From Vezdaea acicularis (taxonomy: Eukaryota): a stretch of 64,000 nucleotides of DNA. The stretch lies in the NCBI GenBank assembly GCA_026025075.1, contig JAPEUI010000002.1, forward strand, positions 310,001 through 374,000, given 5' to 3'. A program made the translations under genes and the position numbers. A model generated the notes under the pieces. The model saw only the letters and a program-made list of their open reading frames with translations, did no database searches and was not told the origin of the DNA. Below, one piece after another: positions 1-11,047 of this stretch (its first letter is position 1; every line of letters begins with the position of its first letter).

Positions 1-732
1 ATGCATTTATTGATTATAGAACGTGTTCTTGCTACAGACAACGGTTGGACTAGCACATAACTATCAGTCAAAAAACCTTTGGCTTGCTTTGTACTTCTCA
101 CCTTTATCGACTAAAGGAGAGGTTGGTAAGGGTTTCCCTGAGCTCTTGGTCCCGGCTTCTTTATCTGCATCGTCCTTTGGCGGATTCGTCTCCATCGGTT
201 TCAGGTCATTAATAGTAAGACATACCTGACACCGAAATGTTTGCAGAATCTTCGGCCAATGTACTGTACTATTGCAGGTGATGCATTTGCCCGCTGTAAA
301 GTTTGGGTCTTGAGCTTTCGAACCCTTTCCTTGCACCCCTTTTGGCGGACTGTCTTGCAGGGGACTTCCAGCCTCGATAGTATCATCATCTGTAGAATTA
401 AAGTCTCCGCCATCATAATTAGAACGCAAATTCCTGTTTGATTTTCTACCACCGCCAAAGAAAGAGGGGAAAGGATGACTCAAAGATCTACTATGCCGTG
501 GGATGTTTCGAGGCTGAGTTGATGTTAGATGAGAATTCTGCCGTGGTGGTGGGTACAGCGTTGGAACGATAGGATTGCTTGCCGACCCAAAGGGTAGCTG
601 CGGCCTTTGATGCAGCGAGTCTTCAAAAGGGGATATTCGTGAAGAGTTAGAGGGGTTAGGACGGTTAGGACGGTTAGAACTGTCAGAAGAATTGGGATTC
701 TTAGGAGCCAAACGCGCGGACCAAGGAGGCAT
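1..732 (-). CDS. HUL4: HECT-type E3 ubiquitin ligase (Hul4/HERC4-like), 5' part only; runs off window start
   Basis: ATG at 732; N-terminus with HSRSLSHPFPSFFG and the Cys motif CITCNSTVHWPKILQTFRCQVCLTINDL recalled from Pezizomycotina Hul4-like proteins; intron 50-101 (GTGAGA..CTGAT..TAG) continues the frame as VQPLSVARTRSIINKC. The HECT domain itself is outside the window. Confidence 0.7.
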
Positions 733-2034
733 CGAAATGGCGCCTATTGAGCAGTCGACGCTGCTCGAATGATGGCATCAAGAATTGGCGGGGAGAATTC
801 ATAAGGTTCAGGCGTACAGCAATCAAGGAGAAGGAAAGAGCTTAATGCATGGCCGTAAGAAAAGTAACTGTCAAGGAGCGTTTCAACGATATGGAGTGTA
901 AAAGGTTATGAACGTTGATTGCGGTCAAAGTCAAGAGACAGTGGCACTGCCCAGTTGAACCGAAGTGACGATTGCCAAGACTGAAAAGGCGCGTTCAATC
1001 TTCTCCGAACCTTACGCGAATTATCCAGTGCTTTCATAGGTTCTCAGGGATCTCCTGAAAACTCAAGGGAGTTTCAGACTTTGTATCAAGCGTTTTTCTG
1101 TCTTTCACGGCTACACTAAAGTAAGCAGTCATTGAAAGTCGGAGCTTTTTGCAGAGTTGACGAATCCGGGGTTCTGCGATTGGCGACAACTAAATTCTGC
1201 AAGCTAAAGTTACAGGGGTGGGGAGGGAACCAACGCCTTCCCATGGCCGATCTTCCTGGAACGAGGTACCCTCCACTACGTGACATGCGTTCTCCTCTAA
1301 CCCGTCAACTACATTTTCTGACAATTGGATGGTGATGCCAATTTCTTATCTAAAATGGTCGAATCGCTCTCCAGCTGCCAAGCTCATCGGTTACGCTCCG
1401 ATACCGCGTCTTTCACTTGATCAAGTCCTACATTAAGAGATCTGGAGTACAAAGACGTTTTCTCTTGCTCTGAACTATTGTGAGAGTGAGTGTTGTGGTC
1501 GTGTCCGCGACAAGTCAGTAAGAGATCCGTCAAATATTGGAGACATAAAGACAGTCATACACCTTGTATAGAGGCCATTTCGGACGCATTGGCGCTACTT
1601 TGTTAATCTGTTTGCTGCCCTGCTGGTTAAGCATCATCTTCTCCGGGATTGCAGGACTTCAGCGGTAGGCGTAAAGTTTTCTTATCATCGAGGCTGTATT
1701 TCACAAAAATCCGTTTTCAGTCTGGGCCAATTATGTTTTCGACGCATTCGATCGGGGACTTTCGTAAATGTGCTGTGTTACCGCAGGGATCCGGAGAAAG
1801 CAGAGCCAGTAGCAATGATCCTATCTGGAAACTACCAGCCAAAAGGACCAGGACCCCGGTTGATCTAGCGCGTTGGTCGTAAAACCTCGCCTCGTGAGCT
1901 GCAAAGAGAATTCATGTCTATGAATTGATGGCATGAACATAAAAGAAAAGAGGAGAATGACCTGTAGAAGAGCAAGAAGCAACAAAAATCACAGTCAGCT
2001 GACCTTCTGATTGGTCGAGAAAACTTGGGGAAAC

Positions 2035-2124
2035 CCCCACCTTGCCCCACGAACGGCCGAAGGCTTAGCGGAAGTATTCTGCTGCATCGTGACCGACCCC
2101 ACCATCGCTTGGTGCCTGCCCCAC
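2035..2124 (-). promoter_or_regulatory. Four CreA/Mig1-type SYGGRG sites (GTGGGG) upstream of the polyol dehydrogenase
   Basis: CCCCAC at 2035, 2045, 2097 and 2119, about 200-290 bp before the ATG. Confidence 0.45.
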
Positions 2125-2326
2125 CAGGCATCCGAAAGAGCGCAGACCAGGTACTGGGTTCGCCCTAACCTCCACCGTATATCCACGGACTTCCGCCAGC
2201 TTCCTGTCTTTCGACACAGGCTTCCCGTTCATCAATTGACTCACTAAAGCTAAACCGTGAAGTATTTCACTCTCAACCCAAAATATCTACTCTCTAGCTA
2301 GTCAAAGCAAACAGAACTATATCAAA

Positions 2327-3965
2327 ATGACGGGCATTCCGACCACATTGCCGAAGACCATGAAGGCGCTCCGGTAGGATCCCCTCTCATTCTTCAGTTC
2401 TGATCCCAAAGCCATCATTTTCCTTTGAGTTTATCATCTTTCAATCTATCATCCTGGTCTATCGTCTTTTGCGATTTTTGAGATCGAATGAGCTGCAGGC
2501 TAATTTGACGTCATGCCTAAAGGTACGAAAAGCCTGAAGATTACTCCATCGTCGAAGTTCCCTTGCCAACGCTGCGAGACAATGATGTTCTCGTGAGTTT
2601 CTAGAAGGGTCGATAGTCAAGTGGGTGAATACTGAAAGCTTCTTAGATCAAAGTCAAGTGCTGTGGAGTTTGCGGAACCGATCTGTAAGCTTTCGCCTCA
2701 ATCACTTCACGGGTAGTACTAATTGAATTTAGCCATATCCACGAGGGTGAATTCATCGCCAAGGTACATAATGTGCGCACCAAAATCAGTCTGTGTACGA
2801 CTGATTTCATCCCAGTTTCCCCTTATTCCAGGCCATGAGACCGTCGGCGTTGTTGCTGCCATTGGGAAGGGTGAGAATCTACTCCTTTACTCAACTATAT
2901 CAACTAAAGTTGCTCTAGATGTCAAGAATTTCACAATTGGTCGGTTTGCTCAAACCGGACTTGGAATGTAAGTTTTTAACGTGGATCAACAGGGGAACGA
3001 GTGGTCGCAGACAATTCGGAGTTATGCATGGAGTGCTTCTACTGTCGTCGCGGCAAGCTCCTACTCTGCGAGAAGTTTGAAGCTCATGGGGTCACAAGTG
3101 AGCATTGAGGCCTGAGATACAGAAGATCTGTTGTTGACGCTCTTGCAAGTGAATGGTGGTTTTGCCGACTACTGCGCCTACCCGGCAGGCAAAGTCTTTA
3201 AGATTAAGAACCTCTCTGACGTTGATGCCACCCTTCTCGAACCAGCGTCCTGCGCCGCCCATGGTCTAGACAAGATTCGTCCCGCTCTCGGCTCCTCCGT
3301 TCTCATGTTCGGCGCAGGACCCACTGGTCTCGTTCTTGCTCAGCTATTGCGTCATAACGGAGGTAAGCCCCCCTAATCACCTCCAATGCAAGTCTCTGCC
3401 CATCTCACACAGACTCCTAGGCTCTCATGTTGTCATCGCCGCCCCTGAAGGCCTGAAGATGGACCTCGCGAAAAAGCTCGGCGCCGGCGACGTCTACGTT
3501 CCTTTGTCGCGCAAGAATCCCCAAGAGCAGTTCGACCAGATCAAGAAAGACAACCCCTACGGTTTCGACATCGTTGTCGAGGCGACCGGGCAGGCCAAGA
3601 TTCTCGAAGACGCGATCCACTATGTGCGCCGTGGGGGCAAGCTCGTTGTTTACGGAGTTTATTCAAATGCTGCTCGTGTCTCTTGGCCACCTAGCAAGAT
3701 ATTTGGGGACGAGATTGAGATTTTGGGAAGTGTGAGTGGGATCTTGGAAAAGTTGTGATGACTCAGGGAGAACCTTGTGGGCTGACTAAGTAATTAGTTT
3801 TCCGAGACGTTCATGTTCCCAGCTGCGATCGAGTATCTGGATTCAGGGAAAGTGAAGGTTGAGGGCATTGTCAACAAGACGTTCAAGCTTGAGCAGTGGA
3901 AGGAGTGTCTCGAGTCGATGAAGAACAAGTCTGCTATCAAGGCCGCGATTGTCTTCGATGACTAG
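2327..3965 (+). CDS. Zinc-dependent medium-chain alcohol/polyol dehydrogenase (D-arabinitol dehydrogenase-like), 10 exons
   Basis: Hand-spliced MTGIPTTLPKTMKALRYEKPEDYSIVEVPLP...CGVCGTDLHIHEGEF..GHETVG (catalytic Zn), CMECFYCRRGKLLLC (structural Zn), GAGPTG (Rossmann), ending KSAIKAAIVFDD*; nine GT-AG introns keep the frame. Confidence 0.9.
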
Positions 3966-4385
3966 ACGTGAGCTTTTGTGAGGCAATAACAGCACCAACG
4001 GGAAAAGTAACAGTGGCTATTATACATATCACAGCTTAGTTGGCTACAAGGTCGGGGATTGGTGGGCCTTAAATGTCGGCAAGTTGATGCCGTGTATTTG
4101 TATATGATCTGCAAGGAAAAGTACAATACATCGATTGACCCGCTCGCTGGTTCGGTGGTCTGAAGCCTGTGTCTCACGGATAGTCCCATAATGTAATACT
4201 CAGAGTGAAGCCACTTGCAAGCAGCAATTCATTTTCTGCCTGCCTATCGTCCAGTATGAGGTGTCAACCTCCCCCGTCGACCTATACGTCCCCGGCAGTT
4301 ACTGTCACCCAGACTTGACACGCTACCGTCAAGCCCCGCCCAGTGAGTCCAGTCAAAGCAGCGAACGCAACGCATGCTCCACCAT

Positions 4386-5112
4386 CTAGGACGGCGGTGC
4401 AGCACCACGCCCCCTTCCAAACCCGCCCCTGAACTGTGGCGCAAATTCTCCTGGCGCACCTCCCTCCTTCTCACCAGCGTCGCGTCGTCGATACCCGCCC
4501 TCACGGTCTCCACGATCCCCGCCACCACGACCACCACGCCCGCCACCACGTCGTTCACGGTCGTCGCCGCCCATCATGCCGCGCGGAGGAGCGTGGCTGC
4601 GCTGCTGCTTGATGTGCGTTGCGGGAACAATCTCGGCAGGAAGGTGCAACCATTCGCGGAGGTAGTCGAGGCCTTCAGGCGTGAGTGTATAGTAGTACCA
4701 TTGCCAGCTGAACTGAGTCTTCAGGTAGCCGCGGGAGGTTAGGGATTGGCATGCTTTGACAACCTGAAATAAAGGATATTAGTGACACCGTAGATGGGCG
4801 AAAGGAGCGGTACAAAGGGGGGCCGGTGCGGGAAAGTGACGTACATAGAGGTTCTTGGTGTCGATTTCATTGTGCTTGGGAAGGTTGTAGTCTTTCTTGG
4901 CGACGAGCACGCCCTCTGTAATAAGATTAGTAGGGCTTTGCAGATGAGGGGTGTGATTGACGTCTCGGAGAATCTTGGGGATTTGCTCACCTCGGAACAG
5001 GTACTCGTGAATCTTCTTTCGATCAGCCTTGGGGATGAGCCTACAATTTACACATCAGTATGGTTCCTGTCACCGGATATAAAAAGCTTCTTCTCAATTT
5101 ACACACGTACAT
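4386..5112 (-). CDS. RPS10: 40S ribosomal protein eS10
   Basis: Spliced [91 protein letters not shown]...RGGFGRGRG; introns 5041-5110 (splits the ATG), 4916-4990 and ~4764-4844. Confidence 0.96.
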
Positions 5113-5506
5113 TTTGGCGGCTTTCGTGGGATACGAATTTGCCTGTGACTCCTTGATGCTCGTCGTTCGAAGTCGACGTGGAGAGAAAGAAGGCTCGCTC
5201 AATAAGGCTCGCAAACTTTCGCTTCCGTTGACAGTGGGATTTCATGGCCCAGCCCTAGCGAAGATCTGACCTGCGACGGGGTTTGCCGAAATCACGTGAA
5301 AGATTCCGTGGCGGGAGTTTTGGAGTCTCTAAGACCCGCCATCTTTCTTACTTATTGGCATCTTTCAATCCACCTCTGCAAGCAAAACACAAATCTTCTA
5401 ATCACAGTACTACTCTGGTACTACGACTCACCTCTATCTAGCCGTAACTTCTTCCAACCACCTTTCTTATCGCCAGTCGCCAGTGCGTTGGCTTGTACCT
5501 TCAACA

Positions 5507-6385
5507 ATGGTCAACGTTCTGGTCACGACATTTGAAGGCCTAGGCCTGCCGAAGACGTTGAATTTCCCGACTCCACCTTCTTCCACTATCGGAGATCTCC
5601 TCTATGCCATTTCTGGGCGCTTACCTCAGTCAGATGCTCAGCTAAGACTTATCATAAGAACAACCGGCGGCAAGAACATCGTATCACTAGCAGACGAAGC
5701 GATTTCGAGCCTCCTTGATTCGAAAAATGACACATTACTTCCTCTACATCTCTCAGTGCCATTATGTGGCGGCAAGGGCGGATTCGGATCCCAGTTACGT
5801 GCCGCAGGCGGCCGAATGTCCTCGAAGCGAAAGCGAAATCAAGGCGAAAATAATGGATCAAATCGAAATCTTGATGGGCGACGTCTACGCACAGTCCACG
5901 AAGCGAAAGCATTAGCAGAATACCTGGCTGTAAAGCCTGAAATGGATAAGAAAGAGAAGGAAGCTCGAAGGAAACGATGGGAACAAGTGATGGAACTTGC
6001 GGAGAGGAAAGAAGCTGAGGTTAAGAGTGGATCAAAGGGAAAGGTTGATGGACAGTGGGTAGAGGATAAGGAGGAGGCAGGAGAGCGAACTCGGGAAGCT
6101 GTTCTCACGGCATTAAAATCTGGCAACTATAAGGACAACCTATTATCAACCTCAAGTGGCAGCTCAGGAAGTGGGGTGACTGCAAAGGCTGGAAGTAGTG
6201 AGGATGAAAACGTAGATCGGCCTGCATCAAAGGGAACGACACCTCCATCACAGGCGGAATCAAAGGATGGAAAAGGGAAGGCAAAGGCCTTTTTCGGGTT
6301 CGATGAAGACGACGAGTTCATGAGTGATAGTTCTGATGATGATGGGATGGAGCAGGAACGGAACGAGGCTACTGTCATGACATAA
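5507..6385 (+). CDS. SDE2: Sde2 ubiquitin-fold splicing/silencing factor
   Basis: N-terminal ubiquitin-like fold followed by the diagnostic [14 protein letters not shown] processing site and [12 protein letters not shown] motif; first ATG at 5507. Confidence 0.92.
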   Translation: MVNVLVTTFEGLGLPKTLNFPTPPSSTIGDLLYAISGRLPQSDAQLRLIIRTTGGKNIVSLADEAISSLLDSKNDTLLPLHLSVPLCGGKGGFGSQLRAAGGRMSSKRKRNQGENNGSNRNLDGRRLRTVHEAKALAEYLAVKPEMDKKEKEARRKRWEQVMELAERKEAEVKSGSKGKVDGQWVEDKEEAGERTREAVLTALKSGNYKDNLLSTSSGSSGSGVTAKAGSSEDENVDRPASKGTTPPSQAESKDGKGKAKAFFGFDEDDEFMSDSSDDDGMEQERNEATVMT

Positions 6386-6604
6386 TTATGATGAATTCAG
6401 CATCTCTTAGAAGGCGCTTTTTGGAGTACTGGAGCTAAGAAGCGAATTCTGCAAAGGTAAAATTCTGGGGGTTTCCTGGCTGATATCCTAAAAGTTGTGG
6501 CATATTTGCGGGAGCGGCTAGATCTGACCGCCGGAGAAATTCTCGGGAAATAACTTCAGACAGTTCTCTACAATGAACGTTTGACTATCCATGTTGAATA
6601 ACTT

Positions 6605-8666
6605 ATGACTTGTAACTTCAATGTCTGCTCTCGCAGAGCAAGTGGGCTCTTACGTGCCGAAGCTCGAGGAAATCATGGAAGGATACCAGCTTTTCTTTGC
6701 CCAGTGTTGCTGCGACCTTCAGCCGCAGTCTTGCGATGCTCACATCAGCGCCCTAGTTCCAGCCATACACTGAGCAGTCCCCCTCACTCACCAGCGCCAC
6801 AGCTTATAAGTCGAACATTCCTCCCTCTTTCTTGCCCAGGATGTGGTGCCCTCACGCAGTCAGTCAACGCCGACGAAGCAGGCTACTACACAATCACCAG
6901 GCATTCAGTGAGGCGATATGGCGCAGGAAAACGAGAAAGGGATAGTAAGAGACATATGGGATCGGATGAAGGATCTCGAAAAGAAAGGGGTGAATTCCTT
7001 AAAAGAGTTAACTCTTATAATCGCTTTCTTGTCAGGGATCTAGAGCTGAACGAAGGCCAACCCAATGGTGGTAATCGCACTCAATTTCCTTGTCTTCTAG
7101 CTATTGCTAATTACTCCTGATAAAGACGATCAAGTTTCCCAGACTCCCTTTTGCGATCGTTGCCATAATCTTATGCATCATCATACAGGTGTGCCCATCG
7201 TCCACCCAACAATCGAAGCAATTGAGAACACCATTGAGGAGTCCCCTCACAAGTACAACCACGTCTATCATGTCCTCGACGCTGCTGACTTCCCAATGTC
7301 ACTGATATCTGGGCTACAACGATCGTTGGAGCTCATGCCCCAGCGCTCGCAGAATCGTCGAGCTAGACATAAGACTCATTATCGCGGACGAGCAGCAGAT
7401 ATGAGTTTCATCATTACACGCGCGGATCTGCTGTTGTCGGAAAAGAAAAAGGTAGATTCTTTAATGCCATATTTAGTAGAGGTTTTAAGAGAGGCCCTCG
7501 GCCGTAGGAGCAGGGACCTTAGGTTGGGCAACGTTCGCTGCGTAAGTGCGAAAAGGGGATGGTGGACGAAGGAAGTCAAAGAGGAAATATGGAAAAGGGG
7601 TGGGGGAGGGTGGATGGTTGGGAAAGTCAATGTTGGTAAAAGCAACCTCTTCGAGGTTGTCTTTCCAAAAGGTAGGAGCGAGTCTATGGATATTCAAACT
7701 GTGAGAAATCGGGCGCGACAGGGGACGCTGGACGTCTTAGATGACATGGATACAAAGAACGCCTTGGAGGCGCAGCAATGCTCGAAAACGGAAGGGACTG
7801 AGCAGGAGAACATACCTCAAAAAGATGAGATTTTCTTTGATGAGGACTCTCTTCTCCCGCCACCTCAACCAGAGACAGCCTATCCTGTTATGCCTCTTGT
7901 TTCCGCTCTTCCTGGCACTACCGCATCCCCTATTCGAGTCCCGTTTGGTAACGGCAGAGGAGAGCTCATTGATCTCCCTGGTCTCTCGCGTGGCAACCTC
8001 GCAGACTACGTTCTTGAGGAGCACAGGCCATCCCTTATCATGAAATCACGCATCAAGCCAGAACAACACGTCGTGAAGCCTAAGCAATCTCTTCTCTTAG
8101 GCGGACTAATTCGCATCACGCCCGTGACACCAGACATGGTATTTCTAGCGTACCCATTTGTGCCACTGGAGCCACATCTATCAGCTACCGAGAAAGCAAT
8201 AGATATTCAGACACAATCTAAGGAATCTGGGGTTAGGAGCATTGCTGCTCCAGGTACGGGAGAGAGCATCAAATCCGCAGGTATATTCGGGTTGAATTGG
8301 GATGTCACAAAGGCACGATCTGGACCGCTCACAGCAAAGGACGCAGTAGGGATGAAAGCTGAAAACTTGCCCTACAAGGTCCTCTCCACAGATATCTTAA
8401 TTGAAGGGGTGGGCTGGGTAGAACTAGTAGCTCAAGTGAGAAAAAGGGCATTGGAAGATGCACGCAATGGAGCTCAGTCGGACTGGCCAGAGGTAGAAAT
8501 TTTCAGTCCGGAGGGCAAATTTATAGGTGCACGCCGACCGATGGGTGCATGGGTGAGGAGCGAATTGGGTAAGAAAGAAAGGACTAAGAGACCCCGGAGG
8601 AGCGTGAAAGGAGAAAAGAAGGCAACTAAGAAGGCAATGCGGGTGGCGGCCACACCTCTTGCATAG
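6605..8666 (+). CDS. GEP3: Mitochondrial circularly permuted GTPase Gep3/Mtg3 (NOA1/YqeH family)
   Basis: CPGCG and CDRCH zinc knuckles, VLDAADFP, TRADLL (G4-like), GKVNVGKSNL (G1), PGTT (G2), DLPG (G3); intron 7071-7125 joins ORFs 6605 and 7104 in frame. Confidence 0.9.
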
Positions 8667-8828
8667 ACTAGGAAAGGCAGAATAACTTTCTAGAATCATT
8701 GGGATTACTTTACTGATATGTTTCATGTGAGACTTCTTTTATCTATACACAAGTTTACCTGTAGCGTCTTCCAACATGACCTTTGCGCCATTGACGGGTC
8801 TCATATTAGCCATCTCCGCACAACTGCT

Positions 8829-9388
8829 CTATTGATCTAGCTTCACAGGAAAATTGCCGTTTTCTGGATTTGTATTAGCCTCCATATGGTCAAATCATGA
8901 GCTTGACGTACCTCGCTGGTCATCCCATCGCTCTTTCCACGCTCCGGGGCAAAGGGATTGATAGGCCAAGAAGAACTTCGCGCCCTTTATAAGCTGTGAT
9001 CTCAATGACAGGCCTGACAATCTTACCTGGCGGCAAGGCGGAAAATCCTCGCCCTTTGCGATGATACACTTGTGATAATCGACATAGTTTTGCCAGCAGT
9101 GCTTCGTTCTACGCATGAATCAGTCCGTATCCCCCAAGATCGCAGGGCCTATGGATCCATACTGGTTCTGATTCGGAAAGCGGGCATCAAAGCCTAAGAG
9201 CCAAGTTCCAGTCAGCAAAGAACCCTTTCAACGATCTACTATCATTCACAGCGATTGGATACGAAGGAGGCCCACATACCAGCTACACAAAGACGTTAGT
9301 AGAAGTACAATGACTGCAATTGCAGGATGTTCTAAGGCTCACCTGTTACAAACTTGAAAGGCTTCGTTTCGCGATCGTCGTCAGACAT
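8829..9388 (-). CDS. COX12: Cytochrome c oxidase subunit 6B (Cox12), 6 exons including a 3-nt microexon
   Basis: Spliced MSDDDRETKPFKFVTAGFDARFPNQNQTKHCWQNYVDYHKCIIAKGEDFPPCRQFFLAYQSLCPGAWKERWDDQRENGNFPVKLDQ*; exons 9343-9388, 9280-9282, 9163-9193, 9027-9108, 8912-8975, 8829-8863. Confidence 0.95.
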
Positions 9389-9626
9389 TGTTGCAATGCT
9401 GTATAAGATAGTTAAGACAAAGCGTGGATCCTATGGAGTGCGAGGTAGCTGGCCGAATTGATCTTGTCGTAAGGTTGATGACTTTAGAACGGATCCTCTC
9501 GTTAAATGAGTCGCTTAATCGCCAGCTAGGAGAGGCCGGAAGAGCCGCCACAACCTCTAACATACTCGCTGATTCCTGCAGCTCAAAACAAAACTTCGAA
9601 GCATACCCTCCTTACCCGCAGCGATC

Positions 9627-10092
9627 ATGTATCCGTCACGCAGACTGATGATGCAGCCGAGTCGCAGGTTCATGATGCCGGTCCCAGTGAGTTCCCGCCA
9701 TGCGTTTTCTTTGACTTCGAGCATTAGCTGATATGTTGTCGCATTTATAGAGGGAGGACCAAAGCGGTACGCCTGTTTTCTACAATCTCCGATGGTGTTC
9801 TATAGATCGCCCGAAGCAATCTTGGATCAAGTGATGAACATGCTAACATCTGTCACTTAGCACATACCATCTCACAACGTCTTCGGACCCTGAAGAGAAT
9901 TCCGCCTGAGTTGATACCCCTCGGTACGTATGGATGATATACTCGAATCACGATCACAACTCTAATAAAAGTAATTCGTGCACAGGGCTAGTTCTGGGTG
10001 TCGCAATTGGAGCTGCAGTCTACTCGATGGGAAACAAGCTTGTTTCGGACAAAACGCTCCGACTGAACAAATCGTCGCCAAGGGACCATTAA
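9627..10092 (+). CDS. Small single-pass mitochondrial protein, MLRQ/NDUFA4 (COXFA4, B12D)-like, 81 aa, 4 exons; absent from ORF track
   Basis: Exons 9627-9686, 9751-9766, 9861-9923, 9986-10092 (246 nt, canonical GT..AG with branch sites) give MYPSRRLMMQPSRRFMMPVPREDQSAHTISQRLRTLKRIPPELIPLGLVLGVAIGAAVYSMGNKLVSDKTLRLNKSSPRDH*; PELIPL plus a hydrophobic helix matches the MLRQ pattern. Confidence 0.85.
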
Positions 10093-10352
10093 GTTATGGA
10101 CGTTGTATTATAGGAGAGCGTGGAACAATTCATCACTTCCATTCAAAAGACTTGTGGGGCTTACACAGCCAGGCAATCAATCTAGTGGGCAGGACCAGAA
10201 TAATAAGTTCTTGGCACTTTGAGAATCTTAGCCTATCGCTACAATTTTTTTGTGCACTTAGTGTTTGGGTATATCTAACTCCTTTGATGCATCAATACCT
10301 GAATGTACCAGTTAGACGCCGAACCCATGAAAGCCTTTGATCTTCAGTCCTT

Positions 10353-10865
10353 TCACTCCGGTTTAGGGCCTGCTACATCCAAGCCTTCGAGCCCTTCCAT
10401 GGGATCCAACGGCCTCTCCTCTGCCTCAGCCCTAGCCTTCCCTACAGTATCCCTATCCTCTTCGCTCACCGCATTTCTGGCAAGCCAGCCCTCCTGATAC
10501 GAACATGTGAGAAACCATCGGACTACCCAAGTAAAATGACATACCTGCTCCCAAACAGCGGTCTTGCTACCTAATCCTTCGCTGACATCCTTCTGCGGCT
10601 TTGCTGCAGCGACCTTGATCACCCGTCCATACAGCTCGCTCTGATCCATGTTGTCTATTGCTTCTCTTGCATCTTCCGGTAGTTCGAATTCCACATAGCC
10701 AAAGCCTCGATGAGGGTCTTTCGATGACGGCGCTTCGGGGGTTGGTAGGGAAATGTCGACTATTTCGCCAAATGGGACAAAAGCGCCATGTAGGGTTGGG
10801 GCAGTAACAGCGTTATCAAGCCCACCCACGTAGATTGTGGATTTAAGGCGCGATGCATCCGTCAT
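10353..10865 (-). CDS. RRM-only homologue of cyclophilin E/Cyp33 N-terminal domain
   Basis: RNP2 IYVGGL, RNP1 RGFGYVEF, AIDNMDQSELYGRVIKV; 51-nt intron 10494-10544; no cyclophilin domain follows. Confidence 0.85.
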   Translation of the reverse strand: MTDASRLKSTIYVGGLDNAVTAPTLHGAFVPFGEIVDISLPTPEAPSSKDPHRGFGYVEFELPEDAREAIDNMDQSELYGRVIKVAAAKPQKDVSEGLGSKTAVWEQVCHFTWVVRWFLTCSYQEGWLARNAVSEEDRDTVGKARAEAEERPLDPMEGLEGLDVAGPKPE

Positions 10866-11047
10866 ATTTTATACTGAGCTATCCAATTGGGAAATGTAGA
10901 CCGAGGCAGTGATATATCTCGGTTCCACGTGACGCAGACAAACCAATCAAACAATTTTGGCCAGATGGAAAAAGTGCATGGACCAACCTATTCTTTTGGC
11001 GAGCACTCAAAACTCTCCAGCAATTGTGCCCCAATCTACAAGACACT

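Noticed and set aside
3963..3971. Stop-codon readthrough to a peroxisomal signal in the dehydrogenase
   Set aside because: TAG ACG TGA: no readthrough context and no PTS1 tripeptide.
9831..9837. GTGATGA C-box-like motif in intron 2 of the MLRQ-like gene
   Set aside because: Abuts the branch point with no room for a D box or guide; not a snoRNA.
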